Assembly: GCA_040752695.1 (NCBI GenBank)
Contig: JBFMGO010000007.1
Span: forward strand, 1 to 64,000
Direction: 5' to 3'
Source: a bacterium
Lineage (GTDB): Bacteria; SZUA-182; DTGQ01
Length of the DNA stretch: 64,000 nt
Position 1 is the first letter of the stretch; every line of letters starts with the position of its first letter. The position numbers and the translations under genes are program-made. This document shows, piece by piece, positions 37,978 through 47,628 of the stretch. The notes under the pieces are model-generated. The model was given only the letters and a program-made list of their open reading frames with translations. It was not told the DNA's origin and did no database searches.

Positions 37978-39678
37978 ATGGAAAAAATTCTGACTTCTCT
38001 TTTAGCTTCGTTTGTGGCTCCTCAAAATCTCAACCAGGCCATAGTCGATACTATCGGGCAGATCGGGCAGCATCTGGCTTTGCAGCGCAGCTATATCATG
38101 AAATTGCGGCCGCAGGAAAACGTACTTGATAACATCCATGAATGGTGCGCACCCGGCATTCCTCCCCGCAGGGAGGAATTATGGGGGGTCCCTTTGGCAT
38201 CTCTTCCTGAGTGGATGGAGCCTCTGAAAAAGAATCAGCATATTATCTTCCCGGAAATGAAAAACGCCGCCTTTGCGTCTTCATCTTCCCCCTTTGTGGC
38301 AGCGGGAATTCAGGCGCTTCTTATCATCCCCCTGTGGTTTGGTGGCCGGTTTTCCGGCTTTATCGGCTTTGAAGACCTGTCCGGTCCGAGGGATTGGCGA
38401 GCGGAGGATATTCAGTCCCTGAAAATAGCGGCGGGAGTCTATGCCCTGGCCGCTGAAAGCCTTCATATCAAAAACCTGCCAGGGGAAACATCGGATGGTT
38501 CCGGCCAGGAAATTCAAAGGAGCTGTACTCCTGCCCCTGTGATAGCCGAAGAGCTCAAAAATCAACTGGAAGCGGTGTTCAATTGCATTGCAGACCCTCT
38601 CAATATTCAAGACCGCTCACTCACCATCTTGATGTGCAACCCGGCCAGAGCGTCGCTTTACAATATGCACGTTCACGATGTCATCGGGAAAAAATGTTAC
38701 GAGATTTTTCAAGACCGCACCACGCCCTGTCTTTCATGTGCGGTCATCGATGCCTTTCAGACCGGCAAGCCGTCCTATCGGCTGCGGTACCGGGAAAGCA
38801 ACGAGCGGGCTGCCTCATGGGCCGAGGTTTTCGCCTATCCCATTTATAATGCCCAGGGGGAAGTCATTCAGGCCGTTGAGTTCGCCAGGGATATCACGCA
38901 GCGCAAGCAGGCTGAGGATGAAATCAGAAAGCTTTACGCGGAATTGGAGCAAAAAGTGGAAGGCAGGACCAGGGAACTGCAAAAAATCCAGGAAGAACTG
39001 GTCCACAAAGAGAAACTGGCCGTCATCGGGCAGCTCATCGGCAGCGTAGGACATGAATTCCGCAGTTCCCTGACCATTCTGTCCGGCATATTGTATCTGT
39101 TGAAAAACCGGGGGGAATCGGAGAATATCGAGGAATTTATCGATACTCTGGAGGAGGAAATCCACAAAATGAGCAAATTCGTCGAGGACCTCCTGGACTT
39201 CTCCCGCACCTCTGCACCCACCTTTCAAGAAGTCGATCTGGAGAAAGTTATCCAGAAACTGCGCCAGAAGATCGACATTCCTTCTCAGATCCAGGTCTTC
39301 ATCGACTGCCCGAAAGACCTCCCTAAGGCATACGTGGACCCGGATCACGCTGAGCAGATCTTCCATAACATTATCTCTAACGCCATCCAGGCCATGCCTT
39401 CCGGCGGCACGCTCAGGGTTCGAGGAAAGCAGGAAGGATCGAGGGTCGTTCTTTCCTTTACCGATACCGGAGTCGGCATATCTCCCATCAATATCCGTAA
39501 AATCTTCACGCCTCTTTTCACCACCAAGGCCAAAGGAACCGGGCTGGGATTGTCTATCGTCAATATGCTGATTAAGAAAAATAAAGGGTCAGTGTCAGTT
39601 GAGAGTGTTCCTAATCAGGGGACTACCTTTACTCTGTCTTTCCAGACCAGCCCTGAGCCGGAAAAAGAGGTGCTTTAA
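37978..39678 (+). CDS. Cytoplasmic GAF-PAS histidine kinase (NtrB-like)
   Basis: NIHEWCAPG GAF, PAS with KKCYEIF..PC.SC, EKLAVIGQLIGSVGHEFR, NAIQAM, DTGVGI and FTTKAKGTGLGL. Confidence 0.9.
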   Translation: MEKILTSLLASFVAPQNLNQAIVDTIGQIGQHLALQRSYIMKLRPQENVLDNIHEWCAPGIPPRREELWGVPLASLPEWMEPLKKNQHIIFPEMKNAAFASSSSPFVAAGIQALLIIPLWFGGRFSGFIGFEDLSGPRDWRAEDIQSLKIAAGVYALAAESLHIKNLPGETSDGSGQEIQRSCTPAPVIAEELKNQLEAVFNCIADPLNIQDRSLTILMCNPARASLYNMHVHDVIGKKCYEIFQDRTTPCLSCAVIDAFQTGKPSYRLRYRESNERAASWAEVFAYPIYNAQGEVIQAVEFARDITQRKQAEDEIRKLYAELEQKVEGRTRELQKIQEELVHKEKLAVIGQLIGSVGHEFRSSLTILSGILYLLKNRGESENIEEFIDTLEEEIHKMSKFVEDLLDFSRTSAPTFQEVDLEKVIQKLRQKIDIPSQIQVFIDCPKDLPKAYVDPDHAEQIFHNIISNAIQAMPSGGTLRVRGKQEGSRVVLSFTDTGVGISPINIRKIFTPLFTTKAKGTGLGLSIVNMLIKKNKGSVSVESVPNQGTTFTLSFQTSPEPEKEVL

Positions 39679-39721
39679 CCTGAATACGGAATTCCGGGGA
39701 ACCTTTGCGCCGGCAAAATCC

Positions 39722-41521
39722 TTATTCTGGATTTTGATTTCTGCTCTTGCTTTCTTTCCCCAGGTTTCCGAGTGCATCCATGTGCGTCTGCCACTGTTTC
39801 ATCTCCTTTTGCACGGTACTGCCAGTCTCCCCCTGCATTGCACCGCTGTTGCTTTCTTTACGCAGGTTTCCGAGTGCATCCATTTGTGTCTGCCACTGTT
39901 TCATCTCCTTTTGCACGGTACTGCCAGTCTCCCCCTGCATTGCACCGCTGTTGCTTTCTTGTTCCCTCCCTTTTCCGGGGGAAGGGTCGGAGGGGGGGGA
40001 ATCCTGCTCTCTGCCGGTGTCCGGTTTCTGGCAGCTTGAAACCAGATAGGGAGTAAGAAGGATAACCAGTTCCTTCCTTTGGGTCTGGGTGGATGACTTG
40101 GAAAACAGGAGCCTTCCCAGAATGGGAATTTTCCCGAGAACGGGCAGGCGGCCTCTGGCTTTAATTTCCGAATTTCTGATCAGCCCGCCGATAAAGATTG
40201 TCTCCCCTGCCTTGACCATAACCGAGGTAGTAACCGATGTCGTGGTCTTTTGTGGCAATCCCCCGCTGAGTACACCGTCGCTGACTTCCGGTTGAATATT
40301 CAGGAGGATATTGCCGTCTTCGGCTATATGGGGAGTCAATTTCAGTTGGGTGCCGATATCCAGAAATTCTACACTTTGCATGGTGCTGGTTTGCGTGGTT
40401 GTGGTGAGGTAATAGCCCAGTTTACCGCCAATGAGAATCTGGGCCGCTTTTCCGTCCAGCACCAGGATGCGCGGCTTGGCCAGGGTTTTTACATCGCCTT
40501 TTTTCTCCAGGGCATTCAGCTTGAAGTAGAAATGGGGGCTGATGACGCCAAAGAGAAACTGTGAAGTATCCCGCGAACTGAGACTTTGATAGGATACCTG
40601 TGAGTTGCCCTGACTGGACGAATCCCCGGAAATTGAGCCTGGTGGAAGGGCCGTCTGTCCCGGTGAGATAAGATAACCGTCTGCATTGCCCCCTTGAGAG
40701 AACGTGCCGCTCCAGTCGATACCATAAGTCATATCGTCACTGAGGTTAATTTCCAGAATCTGGGCCTCAATCATGGCCTGCTCGGGTGGGATATCCAGGG
40801 AGCGGATAATCCTTTCAACTTCTTCGAGTTCTTTATCAGAACCCTCAACCAGGAGCATCCCCTCCTGCGGGTAAACCGTTGTCCTGGGTTTCGTGCCCTC
40901 CGATTTCTCGAAAGACCATTGAATCACTTTTGATAATTCCTTAATATCAGCATAGTTGATATGAAACACCTTGACCGACCGGAGAACATCTTTCTTTTCC
41001 TCTTTTCCCTCTTTTCCATCTATTCCCTTTTCTTCCTCCTTCCCCGCTTCACCCTGATCCTTTTCCGTTGCTTCTTTGAGACTGCTCTTTTCCTTTTCCC
41101 CCTGGCTGAGGATATAAAGTGAACCCTCTTTGGTCCAGATCAATCCCATGATTCTGGCAATTGCGGTTAATGAATCTTCCAGGTTCGCCTCTTTAAGATT
41201 CAAGCTTATGCGACCCTTCACCTCAGGGGTGCTCACGATATTGGCTCTGTACTTCATGGAAAGGGCCTTGAGCAGGGTATTGATATCCATATCCCTGATA
41301 CTCATGGCAGAGCTTGCGTAGGCACCTTCCATATCCTCTGCGGTACTGCCCGATCCGGGAACGATAAGCAGCACAATGCCTGCCAGAAAGGTACTTACCA
41401 ATAAGGTATGTACCAGTAAGAAAAGGTTTCCTTTTAAAGCCGATGGCTGGTGAATGGTCTGTCTGCTCCTGAATTTCTTCCTTCTGGTGCTCATTTTCCT
41501 CATGTCCCCCTTTGTTCGCAA
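39722..41521 (-). CDS. Secretin (GspD/PilQ family); exact start uncertain
   Basis: LDIPPEQAMIEAQILEI, AKPRILVLDGKAAQILIG, GETIFIGGLI, PVLGKIPILGRLLF and ELVILLTP. Confidence 0.92.
   Translation of the reverse strand: MRTKGDMRKMSTRRKKFRSRQTIHQPSALKGNLFLLVHTLLVSTFLAGIVLLIVPGSGSTAEDMEGAYASSAMSIRDMDINTLLKALSMKYRANIVSTPEVKGRISLNLKEANLEDSLTAIARIMGLIWTKEGSLYILSQGEKEKSSLKEATEKDQGEAGKEEEKGIDGKEGKEEKKDVLRSVKVFHINYADIKELSKVIQWSFEKSEGTKPRTTVYPQEGMLLVEGSDKELEEVERIIRSLDIPPEQAMIEAQILEINLSDDMTYGIDWSGTFSQGGNADGYLISPGQTALPPGSISGDSSSQGNSQVSYQSLSSRDTSQFLFGVISPHFYFKLNALEKKGDVKTLAKPRILVLDGKAAQILIGGKLGYYLTTTTQTSTMQSVEFLDIGTQLKLTPHIAEDGNILLNIQPEVSDGVLSGGLPQKTTTSVTTSVMVKAGETIFIGGLIRNSEIKARGRLPVLGKIPILGRLLFSKSSTQTQRKELVILLTPYLVSSCQKPDTGREQDSPPSDPSPGKGREQESNSGAMQGETGSTVQKEMKQWQTQMDALGNLRKESNSGAMQGETGSTVQKEMKQWQTHMDALGNLGKESKSRNQNPE
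39747..39960. repeat. In-frame 102-bp tandem repeat (x2) in the secretin C-terminal tail
   Basis: ESNSGAMQGETGSTVQKEMKQWQT(Q/H)MDALGNL(R/G)K occurs twice; TTGCTTTCTT recurs at 39747, 39849 and 39951. Confidence 0.95.
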
Positions 41522-41560
41522 AGGGAACTTGTTTCCCCCCTTTTTAAAAGGGGCGGGGGG

Positions 41561-42151
41561 CTACTCCTCCGGTGAGATTTTCAGGACAACATCCTCTCCA
41601 TCCCTGGTGAGTATGGCCTCTTTGTCCTTTATTTCCCGTAGTTGGTAACCCGAAATGCTCTGGCCGATCGCAAGTGGCTGATTGTTGATCACCGCGATAG
41701 GCGCCCCTCCGGTTAATGTCGCTTCGAGCTTGAACCGGGAAGATGCAACTTTGGCCGGCTGCTCTCCATGTTCCCCTTTTCGGCTTACATCCGTGGCCGC
41801 TCCGGTTGCCCGCCGGGTCTTTTCGTCAGGCGTTTGATCCTGCATGGTGCCAAAGCTGAAAATATCCCTTACCAGATGGTCCGGCCATCCCTGAATTTCT
41901 TTCAAGCCCTTTTCGGAAGAAGGCAGAATGAATTTTTCTCCGAGAATCTGGCTGATCCCGGAAAGCGATAAGCCGATATCCTTTAGGGCTGATTCACCCG
42001 CACGTTCGGTTTCACCCATAGACCGCATCCTCCAGGCAGAGATCCGTTGTTTGATCTTCCCGTTAAAAACCAGGACCAGGAGGAGTAGGGCCAGAAGGAT
42101 AGAAAATTTAACGCTCTGTGATTTCGACATTTTCCGATTTCCTGATTCCAT
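41561..42151 (-). CDS. PilP/GspC/MshK-like pilus assembly protein
   Basis: N-terminal TM, RDIF motif, FKLEATL.GG.PIAVINNQPLAIGQSISGYQL; lies between pilO and the secretin. Confidence 0.65.
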   Translation of the reverse strand: MESGNRKMSKSQSVKFSILLALLLLVLVFNGKIKQRISAWRMRSMGETERAGESALKDIGLSLSGISQILGEKFILPSSEKGLKEIQGWPDHLVRDIFSFGTMQDQTPDEKTRRATGAATDVSRKGEHGEQPAKVASSRFKLEATLTGGAPIAVINNQPLAIGQSISGYQLREIKDKEAILTRDGEDVVLKISPEE

Positions 42152-42178
42152 GATTGGATTCTCCTTGCCGCTGGCAGT

Positions 42179-42715
42179 TTAAGGAGGGGACATGACAGTG
42201 AGGTCGAATTGAACCTCTTCCAGACACACGTTTGCTTCAGCCTGATCTATAATTTTCAGGGTATTGGCTTTCAGTGAGGGGGTGGATTTCTCGAATATGG
42301 CCAGGAAGCGATAAAACGAGAGAAAATCGCCGTTGAGCCTGATGAGTAATGAGCCCTGCTGATACTGATCGCTTTTCGGTATTAACTGGGGCTGTACCAG
42401 AATTACGGTGAGCCCTGCATCTTCAGCCATATTACTTAAACTCTGCATAAGATCCCACAGACGGTCGGCTTTGAAAAAGGCGGCTTCCAGAGATGCGATT
42501 TCCCGGTTTATTTCGTCCTTTGTCTGGTTTAACTGCTCTAATTTAGCTTCCATACCCTCCACCGAAAGGCTGCTTTCCGAAAGAATCCGTATTTCAGACC
42601 GCAGTTCCTTAAGCTTTCTATTGACAGGCCGCTGGAACATCAGAAGGTAGCCAAGAATAATCATAAGGCCTGCCGCAGCAAAGGTGATGTCAATCTGGCG
42701 CTGATTCAGTCGCAT
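42179..42715 (-). CDS. pilO: Type IV pilus assembly protein PilO/GspM-like
   Basis: TM, coiled coil, L..MAEDAGL and IRLNGDF.SFYRFL..FE; operon position. Confidence 0.8.
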   Translation of the reverse strand: MRLNQRQIDITFAAAGLMIILGYLLMFQRPVNRKLKELRSEIRILSESSLSVEGMEAKLEQLNQTKDEINREIASLEAAFFKADRLWDLMQSLSNMAEDAGLTVILVQPQLIPKSDQYQQGSLLIRLNGDFLSFYRFLAIFEKSTPSLKANTLKIIDQAEANVCLEEVQFDLTVMSPP

Positions 42716-42822
42716 GAGTTTTCAGTCTCTCTTACCTTACGGTATATTCCCGCCCCTTAATTTCGGAAAAAGGGGAGGAGGTATTTTCCAGGCTTAAAAA
42801 GATACGTTACCGGGCAATCTCC

Positions 42823-43410
42823 CTAATCCTGTCCCGTCCCCCGGTATATCAACGATATTTCAAAACTGATAAAGGAATTCTCCTTTTTATCCATATCCGA
42901 CCTGATCAGCCTGATTTCCTGAAAGGATTTGTCCTGTTGCAGGTGCAGGAGAAAATTGCTCAGGCTTTGATACGACTGGCTTATTCCCTGCAAGGTAAGT
43001 TCATAGTAATCCGCCGTCTCTGAAGAGGCAGTGCTCTTCCCCCTGTGCACCTGAAGATGGACGAGTCTGGTCTTTGTATCCATGTCCCGAGCCAGATTGA
43101 TCAGGATAGGAGTAAAGCACTGTTTCCGTGTCAGGTTCAACAAAGCATCCCTTTTTTTCTGGACATCCTCGATGCCCTGATAGGTTGCGACCAGCCTGGC
43201 TCCCGCCTGTTTCATCTCGCGGTTATGGATACGCCGGGTTGCTGCCCTGCCCTCCACCCTCCTGAGATAGCTATAAAAGACTATTCCCAGAAAGCAGAAA
43301 CAGACGATCTGACAGGCGATGAGAATCGACCATTTCCTGATTCTCCGCCGGTTTCTCTGGTCCCCGACTATCTCAGGTGGAACGAGATTGATGTCATTCA
43401 CTCCCGGCAT
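42823..43410 (-). CDS. pilN: Type IV pilus assembly protein PilN
   Basis: INLVPPE, TM, LTLQGIS.SYQSLSNFL.HLQ....F. Confidence 0.85.
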   Translation of the reverse strand: MPGVNDINLVPPEIVGDQRNRRRIRKWSILIACQIVCFCFLGIVFYSYLRRVEGRAATRRIHNREMKQAGARLVATYQGIEDVQKKRDALLNLTRKQCFTPILINLARDMDTKTRLVHLQVHRGKSTASSETADYYELTLQGISQSYQSLSNFLLHLQQDKSFQEIRLIRSDMDKKENSFISFEISLIYRGTGQD

Positions 43411-43476
43411 TTTTTAGAGCCTCTCGAAATGCATTGAAATCTCCCTTCTTGCCCCCTTGAAAAAAGGAGGAAATTT

Positions 43477-44598
43477 TCAGCGATCGCTGACGGAGAGCGG
43501 CTTACTTACCTGGCTGCTCTTAATCCCTCGCAGGGCCAGCCCCAGGGCGACCTCGAAAAAAGGGTATGCCTCTTCCAGTTCCTTTACCGGGGGTACATCA
43601 TGCCAGACCGTAATGTGTATGCCGGTCCTTTGCTGGATGAATTGATCAAGACCCCTGATCATGGATCCTTCTCCGATCAGGAGTGCCCGGTCGATCACCC
43701 GCTGCTGGACCATAGAAACACAATAAGAGAGGACTTTCTGAATCTCCTGACAGAAATCCTCAAGAGCCGGGCTGAGTACTTCGGTTATTACCTGACACCG
43801 GCTGCGCCAGAGTGAATCTCCTTCACCCGGTAAAGAGTCGGTTTTTTCCCCTCCGGGATGCTCTCCTCTCCCCGGATCAACTCCGTAGTATCGAAGAACA
43901 TGATTCACCCTTCCTCCTTTTAATCCCAATAAGTTCCCCACCCTTTCTTTTATGGCGTTGATACCCCAGTTCAGTTCCCGCACCACCAGGATCTGTTCGT
44001 CCACCAGCACCATGAACATGGCGTCATTCTCTTCCAGAGAAAAGACGAATTGGTCTTTCAGGGGCTCCCCTTGCTGAGCCCATTGAATTGCCCGGAACAA
44101 AGCGCAGTAGCGGGGCTCGATAACGGATGCCTCCAATCCTGCTGCCTTGAAAAGGTTCAGGTATTTTAAGATATCCTCTCTTTGTGCAGCCATAAGGAGA
44201 GCGGCCAGCGTCTGCACCTTGGTTTGTTGTGATCTTTGGTCGGATGCGGGAAGGTTAAGGTAATCGATGACGCCGTTCTCCAGGGGGAACGAAAGATAGT
44301 TGCGTGCCTCGCGAAGAATGGCCTGATCCGTTCCTTCTCCCTCTTTGAGGGTAAATTTAATCGGAATCGTGGTAACCAGGCTGTTAGGCAGGGCAGCCAT
44401 GACCTGATTGCCTTTGTACTTTCCCCTGGATAAAAGATTTCGCAGCGCATCGGTCAATCCTTTTTCGTCCTGATGGCAGTCCAACACGGTTTGAGATGCC
44501 TGGTGAATCGAAAGGCTTTCCTTCTGCCATCTAAGCTGCAAAAGTCTTATCCTGTCTGAAGCTATATCGAGGCCGATCACCGAGTAGTTTCTCTTCAT
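43477..44598 (-). CDS. pilM: Type IV pilus assembly protein PilM
   Basis: IGLDIAS..IRLLQL, EAR.YLSFP, AAGL, LIGEGSMIRGL and VALGLALRG (actin-like fold). Confidence 0.88.
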   Translation of the reverse strand: MKRNYSVIGLDIASDRIRLLQLRWQKESLSIHQASQTVLDCHQDEKGLTDALRNLLSRGKYKGNQVMAALPNSLVTTIPIKFTLKEGEGTDQAILREARNYLSFPLENGVIDYLNLPASDQRSQQTKVQTLAALLMAAQREDILKYLNLFKAAGLEASVIEPRYCALFRAIQWAQQGEPLKDQFVFSLEENDAMFMVLVDEQILVVRELNWGINAIKERVGNLLGLKGGRVNHVLRYYGVDPGRGEHPGGEKTDSLPGEGDSLWRSRCQVITEVLSPALEDFCQEIQKVLSYCVSMVQQRVIDRALLIGEGSMIRGLDQFIQQRTGIHITVWHDVPPVKELEEAYPFFEVALGLALRGIKSSQVSKPLSVSDR

Positions 44599-44725
44599 TC
44601 CCGCTCTCTTTCGTCATTCACAAGAAACAGGGAGTCCCGCTGGCAGCCAGGGTCCAGTCTTTTCATGGAGATTGCTTTCGTCGCGTACATCGCTCTTATG
44701 CAGGGTGCTCTTTCGGCCATCATGG

Positions 44726-45766
44726 CTACGGCCTCCTCCAATCCAGGTAATAGACAGTCAGTTTGGGGCTGAGGGCAGGGTTAGTTGTATTGGCACTGCT
44801 GTGGAACCTGTATTCGTAGTTGCCGGACTGGGAAGATGCCTCCAGAATCAGGCCATAGTTCGAAGATGGATATTTCATCCAGAAGCGGGTCAGGCCGGTG
44901 GCGTGCCAGGTTTGCCATCCCAGGTCTGTAAAGGTGCGGCTGTCTTCGGAACCGGCATTAAAATCACCGCCTGGCGCGGCCCAGGGGTGATAATTGTACC
45001 GGTTTCTCCATGTCGTTTCCAGATCTATCCATCGATTGGTGATCCTATGGAGGCGATAGCTGACTTGTGGCCAGTTTAAAGGGTCATCCGAAGGACCCTT
45101 AAACAGATAAAGAGAAAACCGGCTCGATACGATCGCGGCATCAGCAGGCAGCGGGTATTTCCCGAGATCGAAACGGACAAGGGTCCGATACAGTTTGTTC
45201 GTTTCGCTGTCCAGCATGAGTCTTTTCGGCTCGTTGTCCTCATACTTATCGTCCTCATGCTCGTCGGAGATATAGGTATCCTCCCCTCTGAAAATGCCGC
45301 TGCTTTGCGGCTGAATCGTCAGCCAGAAAACGTTTCTTCCCGCGGATGATTTCGTTCCCTGAGCCACTGCCCGGCTATCGATAGAGACGCAGTGACGGGG
45401 GATATCCTCAGTGAAGGAAACCGTATAGGAGCCGTCACCCAATGAGAGATCAGTCATTTGAGCCCGCCAGTTCGGGTCCTGCGCCAATTGCCATAACCCG
45501 TGGGCAAGGCCGGCTTCGGCCAGATACAAAGCCTTTACTTTTTTTATCCGGTTAAAGGCCATCATGGTCTGAATACCCCTGGACTGGGCCAAAAAAAAAC
45601 AGACCATTTCCAGGATGAATACGGTAACCAGGACCATAGCCAGGGCAAAACCGGACTGCTCGGTAAAAACGAGCCTTTGAGAGAGAACCTTTTTCTCTTT
45701 CATCGATGTACTCTTTTTCTGAATGGGCTGCTTCCTCTTGTCCTCCCCTTGCCAGCGGCTATCCAA
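44726..45766 (-). CDS. PilX/GspK-like minor pilin fused to a DNRLRE (CBM96-like) domain
   Basis: SGFALAMVL prepilin site, ALYLAEAGLAHG, EDTYI...RTLVRFDL...W....TW...W..PGGDF...NYGLIL...PKLTVYY. Confidence 0.8.
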   Translation of the reverse strand: MDSRWQGEDKRKQPIQKKSTSMKEKKVLSQRLVFTEQSGFALAMVLVTVFILEMVCFFLAQSRGIQTMMAFNRIKKVKALYLAEAGLAHGLWQLAQDPNWRAQMTDLSLGDGSYTVSFTEDIPRHCVSIDSRAVAQGTKSSAGRNVFWLTIQPQSSGIFRGEDTYISDEHEDDKYEDNEPKRLMLDSETNKLYRTLVRFDLGKYPLPADAAIVSSRFSLYLFKGPSDDPLNWPQVSYRLHRITNRWIDLETTWRNRYNYHPWAAPGGDFNAGSEDSRTFTDLGWQTWHATGLTRFWMKYPSSNYGLILEASSQSGNYEYRFHSSANTTNPALSPKLTVYYLDWRRP

Positions 45767-45772
45767 CGGATT

Positions 45773-46621
45773 TTAATGGATGATGCCCTTTAAATAGACC
45801 TGGCTCTCGATGCGAACCTCCTCCCCATTGGAAGTAGTCACGCCCAGGGTCAAAGAGACGCCCGAAATAGTGCCTGACTCTATCCGGGTAACCTGAAAAA
45901 TCGTCACCCCTTCAAGAAGAATTTCGGCCTGCCCGGTACAGTACCTTTCCATCAGGTTGCTATTAGGATCAAGGTAATAAACCCAATATTCAACCGGATC
46001 TTCGTCTATCAGGCCATCCTCATCATCGTCACCGGTATTTCTCTCATCGATCTGTCCATTGCCGTTATCATCCTTGCCGCTCACTCCCGAATACCCGTCA
46101 TCGTTGATATCCCCGCCCGGATCCTCATCTCTGTAACCATCTCCATCATGATCCTGCCCATCCATAGGATCCTCGTTCACCTGCCACCACCAAAAGAAAC
46201 GAAAGCCATCCTCATCATCGTCACTGCTCGTGGTTTCGTCGATATCTCCGTCACCATCGTCATCGATGCCCGAAATACCCGGTGCGCCATCCCCGGTAAC
46301 ATCCGCCCCCGGATCTTCATCTATCAATCCATCTGCGTCGGTATCGACCATAGCCGAGAAAGCCAGTACCTGCGAAGGATAGCCGGGACCTGAGCCTTTG
46401 AAAGGAAGCAGAAGCCGCATCGAGGGCCTGACCTTACTCAGGATATGATCCAGAGCCCAGCAGGCATTGTGCATAGCTTCACTTTGCTGCCTGCTGTAAT
46501 TCCAGGACTCTACGGCGGTGACCAGAACCTGAGAGGTCACTCCGGCCAGAAGAGAGATAATACTCACGGCCACGAGTAATTCCAGCAAACTCAGCCCTGA
46601 ATTTCCGATGTCCCTTAGCAT
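45773..46621 (-). CDS. PilW/GspJ-like minor pilin with Asp-rich DxDxDG repeats
   Basis: GLSLLELLVAVSI prepilin motif; repeated D-x-D-x-D-G-x-I-D-E units. Confidence 0.85.
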   Translation of the reverse strand: MLRDIGNSGLSLLELLVAVSIISLLAGVTSQVLVTAVESWNYSRQQSEAMHNACWALDHILSKVRPSMRLLLPFKGSGPGYPSQVLAFSAMVDTDADGLIDEDPGADVTGDGAPGISGIDDDGDGDIDETTSSDDDEDGFRFFWWWQVNEDPMDGQDHDGDGYRDEDPGGDINDDGYSGVSGKDDNGNGQIDERNTGDDDEDGLIDEDPVEYWVYYLDPNSNLMERYCTGQAEILLEGVTIFQVTRIESGTISGVSLTLGVTTSNGEEVRIESQVYLKGIIH

Positions 46622-46624
46622 ATC

Positions 46625-47053
46625 CTACAATCCGTCAGCGCCCTGAGAAGGCATTTTAACCCTCAACGTCTCCAGCCTTATCTCTCCCGCCTGAAGAAGA
46701 ACATGCTTCAGATCCGGATCCGGCGTGGAATCCCCGTCTGCGTCATAGGCAGATATACTTACCTGCCAGGGAATGCTCACCCCCAGGATTTGGCTGCCAT
46801 TGGCGTCGGACATAAGGTTAAAATCCTGAGCCAGTATCTCCTCCATCTTGGCCTGAGCAAGATAGCTTTGCCGGGCCAGTATATTCCCATCGGATCCGAT
46901 TTTGACGCTCCCGGCAAGGTTCTGGGTTATCGGGACCATAGCCACGGAAATAATGGCCATGGCCAGAACCACCTCCAGGAGTGAAAAGCCCTGCTCTTTA
47001 TAATACCTGTAGGAATCCATAATGATCCGCTGCCCGTAATCCGAGGCATTCAA
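46625..47053 (-). CDS. PilV/GspI-like minor pilin
   Basis: QGFSLLEVVLAMAII and LAQAKMEEIL. Confidence 0.85.
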   Translation of the reverse strand: MNASDYGQRIIMDSYRYYKEQGFSLLEVVLAMAIISVAMVPITQNLAGSVKIGSDGNILARQSYLAQAKMEEILAQDFNLMSDANGSQILGVSIPWQVSISAYDADGDSTPDPDLKHVLLQAGEIRLETLRVKMPSQGADGL

Positions 47054-47613
47054 TCGCCGGTAAAGGCTACCCTGCCGATTCTGCTGACCGTAATGGTGTA
47101 GGAGGAATCGGCTCCCGCAAGGGTGATCCGTCCCTCATGGTTCGGCTCTCCCATCGAATTGAACTCTACCCACGGATTTCCTCCAAAATCAGCTTCGGTA
47201 ATACGGCTGTCACTCGTTAATCCCTCCTGATTCATTCTGGTTATATAGGGTTTTTTCAGCAATGGGTTTAACAGCACATTATTCGGATCAACAACAGGTG
47301 CCCCCTGTGCGTCATAACCTTTCTGCAGATAGCAGGTAACTTCCTGGCTGCCTTCGGTTAAATCAAAGAACAGGCCGAAGCTGCAGTTTTGGTTTAAGGC
47401 CTGCTGCTGCGTATAGGTAAGCGCTGTAAATATTTCGCGCGCTTTTTTCTCCAATCCCATCTGAAAGAGGAATGCCGAGAAATGCGGCATTACCACAGAC
47501 AGTAAGATAGCCAGAATGAACAATACCCAGGTCAGTTCCAAAAGGGTGAAACCCTCTTGTGCGGTTCGTGTCATACGGCACCATGCAGGCCGAGTGCATC
47601 CTCCTTTGTGCAT
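47050..47613 (-). CDS. FimT/GspH-like minor pilin
   Basis: EGFTLLELTWVLFILAIL, VEFNSMGEP and ITVSRIGRV. Confidence 0.85.
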   Translation of the reverse strand: MHKGGCTRPAWCRMTRTAQEGFTLLELTWVLFILAILLSVVMPHFSAFLFQMGLEKKAREIFTALTYTQQQALNQNCSFGLFFDLTEGSQEVTCYLQKGYDAQGAPVVDPNNVLLNPLLKKPYITRMNQEGLTSDSRITEADFGGNPWVEFNSMGEPNHEGRITLAGADSSYTITVSRIGRVAFTGD

Positions 47614-47628
47614 CAGGCATGTATACTT

